The position numbers and the translations under genes are program-made. From assembly GCF_000485595.1 (NCBI RefSeq), contig NW_014577074.1, positions 495,110-559,109 on the forward strand: a stretch of DNA of 64,000 nt, given 5' to 3'. The stretch comes from Priapulus caudatus (Eukaryota). Positions 41,527 to 55,469 of the stretch are shown piece after piece; the first letter of the stretch is position 1; each line of letters starts with the position of its first letter. The notes beneath the pieces were generated by a model, which was not told the DNA's origin, ran no database searches, and saw only the letters and a program-made list of their open reading frames with translations.

Positions 41527-44500
41527 CGATGCTCATGCATGCGAGGACAAGCTAACATCCACACACCGTGTATGCTTAGCCATGCTATTGTGTGTTTGCT
41601 TTCCCCATGATCAATCGATGATGATTTTAGCTGATTCAACAGTAACCCAACAATAAAACACATAATATAGTAAACTGTCATGAATACAGAGAGCTACAGT
41701 GGGACAATTGCAGATTAGTATTTCGTGAACTCGAGGTTGCACCACCGCCTCAGTAAACTCACTATATTTGTATTTGTATACTGCCTACGAACAGATCTCA
41801 TTTTCACAAATAGTAAAAATATGCCCATTTGGACTACAAATAAAATTTAACTGATGACCAGACACAGAAACCTTCATATTCCGAGACGATTGGAAACTCG
41901 AATGTGCAATACCCTAGAAGAGAAGAAACAGACCGTGGTTTCACGCATTCATGCCCATTGCATGAGCTATCACCACCCTCAGAGGCTCAGCTGAGAGGCA
42001 GTATGGCGTAAACTGCCCTATAACGCCAACATTAGCCATCTCTCCTGCCATCTCTCACATAACAAGAACCCCCATTACCATTAACATTAACGATCTCTCG
42101 CAGATGTGAATTCATCGGGGAACACAATCCGGCACGAACGTGATACACGGAATAGCGGTCACATCCGATGGAATGTCAAACGTCTGACCGCTAGCCACAT
42201 TTATTTACGTATACACAGTGCATCTCGTCATATACTGTTGATTCTACAGTCAATACAGTAAATGTGTCAAATACCAATACGTGGCAGCTATTCAGAGTAC
42301 GCGATAACACACCGTCAGCATCCCGGCTGCATGGCTGCTGCTGCTGCTGACACCTAAACATGAGCTGCTACATGAGCAAGTAGCTCGATCAGTGCTGCAA
42401 TTAACACCCTAATAATGCCATTGCGCAAGAGTTAGAGGCTAGCACGGCAGCAGAGTCGACCTGCGTGAAGTCTAAACTCATTATCACATGCTAATGACAG
42501 TAATGCAATTAAAATGCTCCCCGGTAGTGCCGCACGCAGTCAGCCGGACTAAAAACTCGCTTGCAAACTTGCTCACCGTGTCGCTAATCGCTAAAGGCTA
42601 AATGAACCGTGGACTTACACAGTGACAAAGTAATGACAGATCTGAAGAGAATTTGAAACACGACGACTTCAAAGTCTCTCCGAACGCTTCGACTCTCACG
42701 CTCAAACACCCACGAAACAGGATGAACTGCTCATTAAACTATAGTTACACACGACGGCCAAGTCGGCACTTCCAAATGCGGAAAAATGATGAAGAACAAT
42801 TAAGTCATCCCGATTTTAATAACCGAATAAAACACATTACAGGCACATTTGCTGTCATTTCAGCAAAACACATTCTCAAAGGTTTCGCATTGTTTTATAA
42901 ACATATATATCAGGAGTTAATGAGACGTAATTGTCAAACTTGCAAAACAATTTGTCTCATTAACTCCAGATATATATCACTGTATTGAATCAGCTGTGTA
43001 TATATATATATACACACTGACATACACACGCTAATATACATCTATGCAAGCGTAGATAATAGACAACTCGTCTATTATTTACTCTTGACCTATTGCAGAG
43101 CAAACTATATAGCTGCTCTCAGCAGCGACGAGGCTATAGTCTATAGGTTACGACAATGCTGCCACCTGCTGGGTTACCTTGAGCCCGCGCGTAACGTCGG
43201 GTAGAACCGGAACGTGCGACATCCGCGCAGCCTGCGAGAGAGCGCCACCATATTCCGCTGCTCGAATACATGCAGTTGTTCGTGATGCTCACATATGCTG
43301 CCGTTTAGGGACTCAGACGTGCCAGAGTCGCTGCTCAACGACATTCAGCTTCGCGTTGCCATATAAATGGCATGCAAATATCTGTCTGGTGGGGTCCAGG
43401 TGGGGGGATGAAGATTCCTCGTCACACGGCAGAAGGTTTCTTCCCGTGTGGCTCCAAGGTCTGTCCGCTAGTCTATCGATCCGAGAGCACGGGGCACTGT
43501 TCCTATACGTATTCTTAGCACGCGGCAGGTAGGAGAAATGTTTGCGGCTACCTGATCACTCTGACCTGCTTCGATGCGAACGCTCGGCGACGTGGGACCG
43601 ACTGCGTAGGCGCGTTACGACAGCGGTGGTGACAGGTGCTGCGCCAGCGCCCGTGTAGACGCCGATGCAAACCCCGCACACATACACACGTTCTTACTGT
43701 CTCTCGCAGCGATGCTGCGATGCTGCTGCTGCTGCCCTATATAGATACGTACGTGTGCGTGCGTGTGCGTGTGCGTGTGTGCGCGCGTGTGCGTGTATGT
43801 GTGTGCGTGCGTGCGTGCGTGTGTGTGCGTGCGCGAGTGTGAACTCAGCCGTACGAGCCAGTTAAATGCGACCACTACTCTCGCTGCACTTTCACCGGCT
43901 GCCGAACGCGAAGTATTGACGCGACGATGACGACCGAAGAATACTGACGTCGAATCTTAGAATGCAGCTCCGCCGCGAGCGTGCGCCATTATCACGCAGA
44001 TCTCCATTACCTGCGCATACACGTGTACATGTACATCGTCTGCGGGACACATCCGCTTCCGTGGAATCACACAACGTCCTCGTCAAACATCACGACATTC
44101 CAGCCCATCGTCAAAAGCGAACAACCTTGAAAAGCGAGTAACCTTGCTTGCTAGCTTAGTACAGGAAAATATGCCGCGCCCGCGTACACGGGTGAAGCTC
44201 CATACTTGATACTGATACAGCTGTTGGATGGACAGCCGGTACGCGTGTCACACAGTCAGATCGTGTCCATACGGCAGGAAGACGTCGAAGATGTTAAATA
44301 TTGGAATTAGTAAATACTCTCAACTGCTTCGCGCGCTTCGGCGACGCTCATCTTCACACTCATCGTCGTATCTTCACGCGTTCCAACCGACTCGGCAGTC
44401 CCAGCAGGAAACACAGAGCGATTGCGAAAGCGTCTAAGTGCCGTCGCCCGTGACAGGAGCGCTGGGTCTGCACCGCCCACGCTGCTGCTGCGTCAAAAGC

Positions 44501-45315
44501 AACACAGGCGCGATGCGCGGGGGCAGAGCTAAACAACGATCGGACGCGGTGAGAGACGCCGCTGGCGCGGGACACTGCGCTAACATATGGTCGGCCTTCT
44601 AGCGAGTGTCGCAACTCCGGCTCTGCGCGAAGCTGCAGCGATGCATTCCCATATTGCTGCACGTGCGCGCCGACCACGGAGAAGGAACGCTTGCCTGCTC
44701 AAACAACGGATTTACGGTGTGTCATAAGCATACGGTACAAACAGCCGGGGCAGTGTATATGGATCGTTCGCATCCTTTTGCATTCACAGCCCATTGATGC
44801 GGCCGATCCAGAACTCGTGCTTCAGGCGCAAGCTGCTATTGGTGTTTCTACTGGCAACCAAGAGCATGGAATTATTGATCTATCGGTTGGTTTCAGTCCG
44901 ATGCAGGGACGGGGTGAGCAGGGTAACCAGATGGATAGCGCACCGTAAAATACGACAGATGCACCAACGCACATGCACGCACGCACGCACAAACGTGAAA
45001 TTTACCAGCGGGTACCCGCACCGACACCCGCATGTAAACACGTTACAGAGGCACACGCATGCACACACGCACGCACGCACGCACGCACGCACGCGCGCGC
45101 ACACACACACACACGCCCACATACGCATTACGCCTCCCACGTAGTATGAGTGGTGTGACAAATTTAGACGATCGATAGTCACAATAATAACGCAGAGAGT
45201 AGAGGCGAGCACTACGCCAGCGTTTAGCATTCACTAATTACAGTTAATTATAGGGTTTGCGAATATTACACACGAGATTATTTTTTCTCAGCATCAATGG
45301 GAAGTAACTAAAAGC

Positions 45316-45522
45316 CAGAAGCCCGTTGTCCGAAACAAAATTAGTCTTAAGATTAGTTTTAAGTGGAACGTTTTTATCGTAGTCCGTCGACGGAATTTGG
45401 TTTCGTAAAATTACAATAAAATTTAGTCGAAATTTTAATTCTCGTAAGATTACGATGTTTCTGCCAACGTTATCGTTAAAACTAAGGTTAAGATTAATTT
45501 TGCTTCTAACAATAAGCCTCTG
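45316..45522. mobile_element. Old MITE with degenerate ~35-bp TIR
   Basis: cagaagcccgttgtccgaaacaaaattagtcttaa versus ttaagattaattttgcttctaacaataagcctctg. Confidence 0.5.
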
Positions 45523-46041
45523 TTTTTAAATTGGCAGTGTTTGTTAAGGACGGATCTAAATGAAGTTTGCTGTTACGGTGAAACGCCGCATGGGCCACGC
45601 TTCTGCAGTTTACGTGCTTGGCTTATAACGAAAGACAGTGCTAATATATTTATCGTTAACCTAAAGTAAATAAAATTTACACGTGCCAATAAATGCGTGC
45701 ATAACTGAACATTAAAATATTGCGATAATCTTCATTTACTTGATTAAAAATCATAAGCACTTGCTGTCAAATGTAGGATAGGTAGCAGCAACAGTACATC
45801 TCACTTCATGATCCCACTGAGACATATTTACTATTTTACCAGCAATATTTAAACGTAGCTTGTATTAATTTCTAAATATTTAATTATTAAGTAAACATTA
45901 AAAAAGGATGGAGCGTAAATACTTCACGAAGTGTTGGAGCATAACCTACTAAACAAACTTACTAACAAAAATAATGATGGTAACTGCTATAGCATTGTTA
46001 CCGATGTAAGTTGTATTGTAAGTATTAGCTATTTTAGTCAC

Positions 46042-46492
46042 ATATGTGACCGGTGATAGCGAAATGAGTCACTTGGGGTAATTTTGACATTTTAGGTTGA
46101 ATACATATTCAGATACCTGAGATTCATAGCTTTCTATTGTTATATAGATATTGAAAATTGGTTGAAAAATGAATATTTGATGACCATTATAAATCGAGAT
46201 ATCATGCAATTAAAATTTCCTGAGAATTGTCTAAAATAAGGGCTGAAAACTAATATAATTCACTGATATTATTAGCCGAGACTTCTTATAAATCATTCAA
46301 TTTAAGCAGGTTTTAATTGAATGAAGACATTTTTGCTTATAAAGATTAAAAGTAAACATTGTAGGTAATTTTGTTGAAAAGAAAATTTCAAGAAAATTAA
46401 AAAAAAAAAATTCCCCATTTTTAAATCGATTGTACAGTAGTAGAATGCTACTGTGCGACTTCCGACTCATTTGGCTATCACGGGTCACATAT
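46042..46492. mobile_element. MITE with 29-bp TIR (TA/ATAT target)
   Basis: atatgtgaccggtgatagcgaaatgagtc / gactcatttggctatcacgggtcacatat (27/29). Confidence 0.8.
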
Positions 46493-47109
46493 AGAGTTCA
46501 CAACGTAAGAATTTACGTCGTAAGAATAGGCACGCATGTCATTACCATCCCTAAGCACCGCACAACCTACAGTTATGTTCCGATAGACAGACAGTTAAAT
46601 ACCAGAAAAAAAACACTACTAGCTGAGAAAAATGGTCGTTATGTGAATGTCATCGGAGTCCTTTTTTTATATATCGGATTGAGTGTAACAGGAAACGCTT
46701 CAAGCGGCAACTCTCATGATCAATAAAATTCCCTGAATGACGTCATCGCGTCCACATTACCATTTCGTAATGGCTTGCAGCATTCCTTCACTATAGTGAA
46801 TCACGATTACGACATTTATCATGACTTGGATCATCCACATTTCCAACATCTGCAACAACCACATTTTAAACCGTCAGTGGATTTCGTTTCACTGCAAACG
46901 GTTTTGCTATCATATTTCGGAAAATTATTAAGATAAATCTGTGCTGGGCGGGCAGAAGCACTTATCTGTAGCAACCGATAGCACACATTCCGGACACACT
47001 TTTCACAATACAAATGTCCGAGATTCTCACGTCGTGTAATCAATCTAGGCAGCACAAAAGAGAAAGATGAGAGGAAAACAATGCGATACATGTAGGAGTA
47101 GCTGAGTAT

Positions 47110-47392
47110 GGGGAATGGCAGAATGGCACACGGGGGATTGTAAGAGTAGAGAGTGGGAAGGGGGGAGGGTGAGGGAGGTTGTACAGGTGGAACAAGGTTT
47201 GGTTGTAGGAGTGGAAGAGGGAGGAATGGCAGAGTGGAATACGGGAAAATGGCAGAGTGGAATACAGGGGAATGGCAGAGTGGAATACAGGGGAATGGCA
47301 GAGTGGAATACAGGGGAATGGCAGAGTGGAATACGGGGAATGGCGGAGTGGAATACAAGGGAATGGCGGAGTGGGATACGAGGAATGGCAGA
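47110..47392. repeat. ~22-23 bp minisatellite GGAATGGC(A/G)GAGTGGAATAC(G/A)G, left part
   Basis: Runs into the N-gap at 47393; the same array resumes at 50422. Confidence 0.9.
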
Positions 47393-48403
47393 NNNNNNNN
47401 NNNNNNNNNNNNNNNNNNNNNNNNNNNNNNNNNNNNNNNNNNNNNNNNNNNNNNNNNNNNNNNNNNNNNNNNNNNNNNNNNNNNNNNNNNNNNNNNNNNN
47501 NNNNNTGGGGGGGGGGCACAATATATAACTTTTCTTTGTATTATACTGTTCTAACGGCATAATTCTAATAACGTAATAACTCGATTCATCACGTGGCGTC
47601 ATGATCACCGTGTGGCTTATGTGTTATGGCGTTTAATTGTTACACCATGCTGCTGTACTGGCCACGCTACTGCAGAGTTCTGGTTATTAATTATGCAGAT
47701 TCCCTGTAGATGGCACTGCATGTTGCTCATAATCAGCATACACGCGGCGAAGGCCTATAAATACACACACATTCCTAACGTGTGTTTATTTATAGGCCTT
47801 GCACGCGACTGAGGAAAACCCACGAACAAAACGTTTTCGCTGAGAATCTTTTAGAAGTCCTTATCTAAACCAATGACAAATGAAACATGAAAGGGAGGAG
47901 CAGACATGTGACAATACAGAGCTGCATTATCACAAATATAAAATTGCATTAAACTGGTATGTTTGCATCTAACCCCTCATCATTTTGGTTCACAGTTGAA
48001 TGCTAGCTTGTTTCTTTACTCTAGCTCTCTCACAAACATATTTTATTATGACAGCCCCCCACCTTGCATCAGTGTGACCAAGGAGTGCTGCAGTAGCACA
48101 CTCCCCCGCACACCTGGCAGTCTCTTGGTGCTTACGTCCAACCAAGCGCATGATCGTGATAATAATGAAGGTAATTGTTACCAAGGTCTAATAGAGCACG
48201 CATCGCTCTGAGCGTTGTTGGGTAATTATTTAACGAATCATTCAGCAACTGTAGAGTGCGACTACCTGGGTTCACTGTTGCGCCTTAATTGCAGTGGAGT
48301 TTTGAGTATTGGCTGTATCCTGTGCTTGTAGTATTTACCGCATGCATTGACATTGATGACTTGTCTCATTGCTCATTCGTTTTAATTAATGACTCTACTC
48401 TTT

Positions 48404-49238
48404 AATGAAAGTGTCAATGACACTATAGCTCACCTTGGGTGTGATAGAAGAGGGAGATGATATTTAAAATTTGGTAAGTGTTTCATTTATGACGAACCAA
48501 AATGTGATCAAATGTCCTTACTCCCTGTTTTATACTAATAGAAATTTCACTGTTTTGTTTCAGGGTTAGTTTTGGTGCGAAAATAAATGTTTCAGATCTG
48601 AAAGTCTGAAATCTGGGTGAGAGATGGCGCTACGCCTAAATGATCGCCACTTTGGTTTTCGATTATCGCGCAAATAATAGCAATAAAATATTCCAGTCAA
48701 ATTACTATAACGAAGATCTAAAACACAATATTACACGTAGGTATAATTAGGTAGGTAGGTAGGTAAATTTAACAAAATCGAATGAATCTAGATGGCCATT
48801 TTCATTTTTGCCAAAAAGTGAACGTGGCTCGAAAGTATAGGTTGACTTTTTTAGGTAATCTGCCTCATTTGCATAATTTTGAAAAATATATCAAAACTCG
48901 TGTGATATGTTTTGGGTGATTTGATTTGCCAGTCCTTATTCCTTCACATACCAAAAATGAGCAATATCCGTTGAACCTGAACTGACTTGTGGCTATTTCC
49001 ATTTTTGCCAAAAAATGCGCGTGGCTCGAAAGTAGGTCGACTGGTGTGCTCCAAAATAAGATGTTCAAATCTCTCCCATAGGAGTAACAACTGTATGCAA
49101 TTTGAAATATGTGGGTCAAATGGTTCTCAAGTTATCGTTGACCGTAGCCAAATGTTGACGGACAGACGGACGGACGGTCGTACGACGGACGATGCCCCAT
49201 GGCAATAGCTCATCTTGACGATGTCAATGTGAGCTAAA
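48404..49238 (-). mobile_element. HINE/Helentron-type element (duplicate at ~52916-53753)
   Basis: Same termini and interior as the 31548 copy but shorter in the core-repeat region. Confidence 0.8.
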
Positions 49239-49465
49239 AACAGCATGTTTGCACCTAATCTAAATTTGCTCACCTGTCTCTTAATGCTTTATTTGATAAT
49301 AATCACATTATTGTATGTATAAATTAAAATTTATTTAAAAATCCCAATCACATAAGACACTTGATATTGGTTGGCATGACCTAACAGATTGTGGTTCCCT
49401 TTCCTGTACTGTAACCCAGACACCAGCTGTCCTGCCCTCGTGCTGTGACGTCACGTCAGTGTTAC

Positions 49466-49654
49466 CTGGTAGTCCTGGGTGACCTCGGACTCGATGTTGC
49501 TGGTCATGTTCTTCAGCTTCTCTTGGGAGCGGGTGTGGCGACGCACCAGGTAGATGACGACGACAGCAAGGATGCATCCCGCTATGCATCCGCACAGCAC
49601 AAACGTCAGCACAAAGAAGCGATTGTCATCAGCATCCCTCACCTCCAGCTTCGT
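49466..49654 (-). CDS. PTPRN: IA-2/PTPRN-like transmembrane exon, intact copy (TKLEVRDADDNRFFVLTFVLCGCIAGCILAVVVIYLVRRHTRSQEKLKNMTSNIESEVTQDYQ)
   Basis: 189 bp, phase 0/0, ttgcag/gtaac boundaries. Hydrophobic TM helix, then a basic stop-transfer signal and DYQ. Out of order relative to the 51749-51885 exon. Confidence 0.88.
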
Positions 49655-50421
49655 CTGCAACACACGGGTCATCAGCGGTCATAGGTCACGCATCTCTGTA
49701 TACAACAACTACGCAAACTACATTGTAGTACGCAAAGTCGCAAACTACATCAGTTTGCCAGCAACGTCGCCGCCATGGTAAGTTCAACAGAAGAATGCTA
49801 ATAAGATGATACACGTACGGGTGGCTTGTGTCAGAAATCCCACTGGTGCATACGAGGTGGGAATTCAGGAAATAAAACAGAGGGAGATCACACCGAACAT
49901 GCATGTTTTACACACTAGTTCTGAGATAAGCAACCTGTCCCCCTTACGTAGTATTACCAAAGAGCCTATATAGTGATCAATAGGTTCTTTGGTATTACCA
50001 AAAGTTGTCAACAACGTTGCATGGTGAATATAAACTGCGGGTGCTTGCATGTATAAGAAATCAATAAGGCCAAGAAAATCAATAGTACGCCGTGCTCTGC
50101 TTCTCCCTCCCTCCCCCCTCTCTCTCTCCCTCTCTCTCTCTCGCTCTCTCTCTTGCCGGCATAGTGTTAATTACACAGTAGCCTTACCAGAAGAGGTTTA
50201 CAACGTTCAGCTCTTTATGTATAGTACTGTTGAAAAGCAATGGCAATGTCATTAATTGCGCCAAATCGGACTATATTATACCTTTGCGGAACACTAATAG
50301 CATCAGACCAGTTATGCTGTATTTGTGGAAAATCTATAGTGAATAGGTATAACAATCATAGTTGGGAGGTCACAGCCTGAAGCAGGAATGCTTTACATGT
50401 TTATGATATATNNNNNNNNNN

Positions 50422-50962
50422 GAATGGCGGAGTGGAATATGGGGAATGGCGGAGGGGAATACGGGGGAATGGCGGAGTGGAATATGGGGAATGGCGGAGT
50501 GGAATACGGAGGAATGGCGGAGTGGAATACGGGAGAATGGCAGAGTAGAGGAATACAGAGGAATGGCTAAGTGGAATACGGAGGAATGGCGGAGTGGAAT
50601 ACGGGAGAATGGCAGAGTAGAGGAATACAGAGGAATGGCTAAGTGGAATATGGGGAATGGCGGAGTGGAATACGGGAGAATGGCAGAGTAGAGGAATACA
50701 GAGGAATGGCAGAGTGGAATACGGGGAATGGTGGAGTGGAATACGGGGGAATGGCAGAGTAGAGGAATACAGAAGAATGGCTAAGTGGAATATGGGGAAT
50801 GGCGGAGTGGAATACGGGAGAATGGCGGAGTGGAATACGGGGAATGGCAGAGTGGAATACGGGGAATGGCGAAGTGGAATACGGGGGAATGGCGGAGGGG
50901 AATACGAGGGAATGGTGGAGTGGAAGAATACAGAGGAATGGCGGAGTGGAATACGGGGGATT
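50422..50962. repeat. ~22-23 bp minisatellite GGAATGGCGGAGTGGAATAC, right part
   Basis: Begins immediately after the 10-N gap at 50412-50421. Confidence 0.9.
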
Positions 50963-51748
50963 GCAGGAGAAGAACACGAATGAATAGAGAAGTGGAACAC
51001 GGGGAAAACAAGAATGAACAATAAGAAAGAACAAGAAGCAAACAAAGAAAACAACGAAACGCGGTACACAGACAACTCGTAGCGACAAGTAGCAACTACT
51101 TGTTATTATTACATTACTGTTATTCTACAGCAGCGCAAAATAAACACCGAGCGAGTCTCTCATCTACGAATTTTAGGTCTTCACTACAAGTCTTGTTATC
51201 ACCTGTGCAGCAACCACACATCAATATTACAGACATCTAATATAAAGATGAGTCAGAGATGCACCCAACCTTTCTGTCACACATTCGCCCACATTTCTGT
51301 TTACCTGCCAGTTAATCAGTGACCAATCTTCACCGTTCTCCAATTGCATTTGGATTTGTACTTTCACTAATATAACCATTCATATTGTTATTAGTATCTT
51401 GATTCAGATCCCTGCTATGATCGCCAGTTTTCTCCTAATGAGAGGTGCACACTAATATTGTCTCACTATCATCAGCCCACTATCAAGCACTAAACTATGC
51501 AGTCATGCCTGCTGACACCACAGGTTTTACAGGCAGTCACTCGATTCTTCTTGGATATAGAGAGATTAGCTCTCGCTGGCCCACACACGAACATCACACA
51601 CGGGAGGGACCATAACAACCGTTAGTATCACTCCAGAACCCGCGGATTAACCATGGCTTAGCTGCCATGAGTAGAGTGTGGTCTACATAACACGTACATT
51701 GCCCATAGATGGTTCTATAGCCATCTGTGTAAGGCCTTTAGTACTCAC

Positions 51749-51885
51749 CAGCTGCTGGTACTGGACCGGCTGGATGGGCTCCTCACTGATGCCTCGCTTT
51801 GCGACAAGCTGCTCACTCTCTGCGCGGCCGCGTGGATCGGCTCCGGCTTACTGTTCTTTCCAGCCATTCGCTGACGACATAGGTC
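51749..51885 (-). CDS. PTPRN: IA-2/PTPRN-like juxtamembrane exon (DLCRQRMAGKNSKPEPIHAAAQRVSSLSQSEASVRSPSSRSSTSS-W); not in the ORF track
   Basis: 137 bp, ttgcag/gtgagt boundaries. It has the LCRQRMA and SSTSSW motifs of IA-2. It ends TG, which joins the G of the 36952 exon to give Trp. Confidence 0.93.
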
Positions 51886-53989
51886 CTGCAAGAGTCACGG
51901 CAGCGATGTCACACACTAGCGCGTCGTGCTGAGATGCCATCTCAACAGCAGTGGCGTAGCTAGGATTTTTTCAGCGGGTGGGCACTGGGGGGGGGCCTTA
52001 ACATTTCGTGGGGGGGGCACAAATATATAACTTTTCTTTGTATTATACTGTTCTAACGCATAGATTCTAATAACGTAATAACTCGATTCATCACGGGCGT
52101 CATGATCACCGTGTGGCTTGTGTTTATGGCGTTTAATTGTACACCATGCTGCTGTACTGGCCACGCTACTGCAGAGTTCTGGTTATTAATTATGCAGATT
52201 CCCCCTGTAGATGGCACTGCATGTTGCCTCATAATCAGCATACACGCGCGAAGGCCTATAAATACACACACATTCCTAACATATATTATTATAAGGCCTT
52301 GCACGCGACTGAGGAAAACCGCACGAACAAAACGTTTTTCGCTGATAATCTTTTAGAAGTCCTTATCTAAACCAAATGACAAATGAAACATGAAAGGGAG
52401 GGAGCAGACATGTGACAATACAGAGCTGCTTTATCACAAATATAAAATTGCATTAAACTGTATGTTTGCATCTAACGCCCTCATTCATTTTGGTTCACAG
52501 TTGAATGCTAGCTTGGTTTCTTTACTCTAGCTTCTCTCACAAACATATTTTATTAATGACAGCCCCCCACCTTGCATCAGTGTGACCAAGGAGTGCTGCA
52601 AGTAGCACACTCCCCCCCGCAACACCTGGCAGTCTCTTGTGCTTACGTCCAACCAAGGCGCATGATCGTGATAATAATGAAAGGTAATTGTTACCAAGGT
52701 CTAATAGAGCACGCATCGTCTGACGCGTTGTTGAGTAATTATTTAACGAATCATTCAGCAACTGAAGAGGTGCGACTACCTGTGTTCACTGTTGCGCCTT
52801 AATTGCAGTGGAGTTTTGAGTATCGCTGTATCCCTGTGCTTGCAGTATTTACCCAGCATGCATTGACATTGAGATGTGTCCATTGCCATTCGTTTTAATT
52901 AATGACTCTACTCTTAATGAACAGTGTCATGACACTATATCGCTCACCTGGTGTGAATAGAAGAGGGAGAGATATTTAAAATTTGGTAAGTGTTTTCATT
53001 TATGGACGAACCAAAATGTGATCAAATGTCCTTACTCCCTGTTTTATACTAATAGAAATTTCACTGTTTGTTTCAGGGTTAGTTTTGGTGCGAAAATAAA
53101 TGTTTCAGATGATCTGAAAGTCTAAAAATCTGGGTGAGAGATGGCGCTACGCCTAAATGATCGCCACTTTGGTTTTCGATGTATAACGCGCAAATAATAG
53201 CAATAAAATATTCCAATCAAATTACTATAACGAAGATCTAAAACACAATATTACACGTAGTATTTAGGTAGGTAGGTAGGTAAATTTAAGCAAAATCGAT
53301 GAATCTAGATGGCCATTTTCATTTTTGCCAAAAAGTGAACGTGGTCGAAAGTATAGGTTGACTTTTTTAGGTAATCTGCCTCATTTGCATAATTTTGAAA
53401 ATATATCAAAACTCGTGTGATAATGTTTTGGGTGATTTGATTTGCCAGTCCTTATTCCTTCACATACCAAAAATGAGCAATATCCGTTGAACCTGAACTG
53501 ACTTGTGGGCTATTTCCAATTTTTGCCCAAAAATGGGCGTGCCTCGAAAGTAGGTCGACTGGTGTCTTCCAAAATAGATGTTCAATCTCTCCCATAGGAG
53601 TAACAACTGTATGCAATTTGAAATATGTGGTCAAATGGTTCTCCAGTTATCGTTGACCGTAGGCCAAATGTTGACCGGACAGACGGACGGACGGTCGTAC
53701 GACGGACGATGCCCCATGGCAATAGCTCATCTTGACGATGTCAATGTGAGCTAAAAACAGCATGTGTTTGCACCTAACATCTAAATTTGCTCACCTGTCT
53801 CTTAATGCTTTATTTGATAATAATCACATTATTGTATGTATAAATTAAAAATTTATTTAAAAATCCCCAATCACTAAGACACTTGATATTGGTTGGCATG
53901 ACCTAACAGATTGTGGTTCCTTTCCTGTACTGTAACCCAGAACACCAGCTGTTCCTGCCCTCGTGCTGTGACCGTCACGTCAGTGTTAC

Positions 53990-54179
53990 CTGGTAGTCCT
54001 GGTGACCTCGGACCTCGATGTTGCTGGTCATGTTCTTCAGCTTCCTCTGGGAGGCGGGTGTGGCGACGCACCAGGTAGATGAAACGACGACAGCAGGATG
54101 CATCCCGCTATGCATCCGCACAGCACAAACGTCAGGCACGAAGAAGGCGATTGTCATCAGATCCCTCACCTCAGCTCGT
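53990..54179 (-). other. PTPRN: Frameshifted (error-rich) copy of the IA-2/PTPRN TM exon, in the correct genomic position
   Basis: Colinear with 49466-49654 but with many single-base indels. It lies between the SEA exon and the DLCRQR exon, as gene order requires. Confidence 0.8.
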
Positions 54180-54928
54180 CTGCAACAACGGGTCAATCAC
54201 GGTCATAGGTGCACGCATCTCTGTATACAACAACTACGCAAACTACATTGTAGTACGCAAGTCGCAAACTACATCAGTTTTGCCAGCAACGTCGCGCCAT
54301 GGTAAGTTCAACAGAAGAATGCTAATAAGGATCATACACGTACGGGTGGCTTGTGTCAGAAATCCCACTGGTGCATACGAGGTGGAAATTTCAGGAAATA
54401 AAACAGAGGGAGATCACATCGAACATGCATTGTTAAACACTAGTTCTGAGATAAGCAACTGTCCCCCTTACGTAGTATTACCAAAGAGCCTATAGTGATC
54501 AATAGGTTTCTTTGTATTGACGCAAAAAGTTGTCAACAACGTTGCTGGGTGAATATAAACTGCGGTGCTTGCATGTATAAGAAATCAATAAGGCCAAGAA
54601 AATCAATAGTACGGCCGTGCTCTGCTCTCCCCCCTCCCCCTCTCTCTCTCCTCTCTCTCTCTCGCTCTCGTCTCTGGCCGGCATAGTGTTTAATTACACA
54701 GTAGCCTTACCAGAAGAGGTTACAACGTTCAGCTCTTTATGTATAGTACTGTTGAAAAGCAATGGCAATGTCATTAATTGCGCCAATCGGACTATATTAT
54801 ACCTTTGCGGACCACTAATAGCATCAGACCAGTTATGCTGTATTTGTGGAAAATCTATAGTGAATAGGTATACACAATCATAGTTGGGAGGTCAACGCCT
54901 GTGAAGGCAGGAATGCTTTACATGTTTA

Positions 54929-54998
<70 letters not shown>

Positions 54999-55469
54999 TA
55001 TGTGTGTGTGTGTGTGTGTGTGTGATATTATATACCCTTTGAAAAATTTTATTCTTATATATTTTATTCTTACAGAAATTTCCCCAATTTAATGCAAAAA
55101 TCCGCAATGTGAACCACGTTTTCCCGTTGACTTCCATCATATGATTGAAGATGCGTTCCTATGGAAAATCCGTCAGTTAAACGATGTCGTACTAGACGGA
55201 CAATTATGAATGCAAGTAAACACTTTGAAACGCAGTATTGGATATTTAATGATGTAACGCGGTATCGCGATAATAATGGGAGGAAAGAGATAATAATTCA
55301 GAGTTAGAGTCACTGGGGAGGGGGTAGAACGAACACTACTTCCAGCTATAGCTCGCTTACATTCTCACTATCATTCATGAGTTTTGGTGTTTCAGGCTCT
55401 GACCGGGAGACGAAAATACATTTAAAGTTGGATTCTGCTTACACCAGTCCTTCTTTTTAAGCAACTCCC

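Noticed and set aside
39865..41681. 470-550 aa SL/ER-rich ORFs
   Set aside because: Translations of a GA/TC microsatellite.
42312..42353. Possible IA-2 microexon (tttag GT GTC AGC AGC...ACG gtgtg)
   Set aside because: Phases do not fit the phase-2 intron it lies in, the donor is weak, and the protein is already complete without it.
47040..51095. MAEWNTGE / YSTLPFP repeat ORFs and a CRISPR-like look
   Set aside because: Head-to-tail minisatellite without unique spacers, in a eukaryotic intron, with no cas genes.
53990..54179. True pseudo-exon, or mutually exclusive alternative TM exon
   Set aside because: Differences are random 1-bp indels spread equally through exon and intron, as expected of raw long-read error rather than evolutionary divergence.
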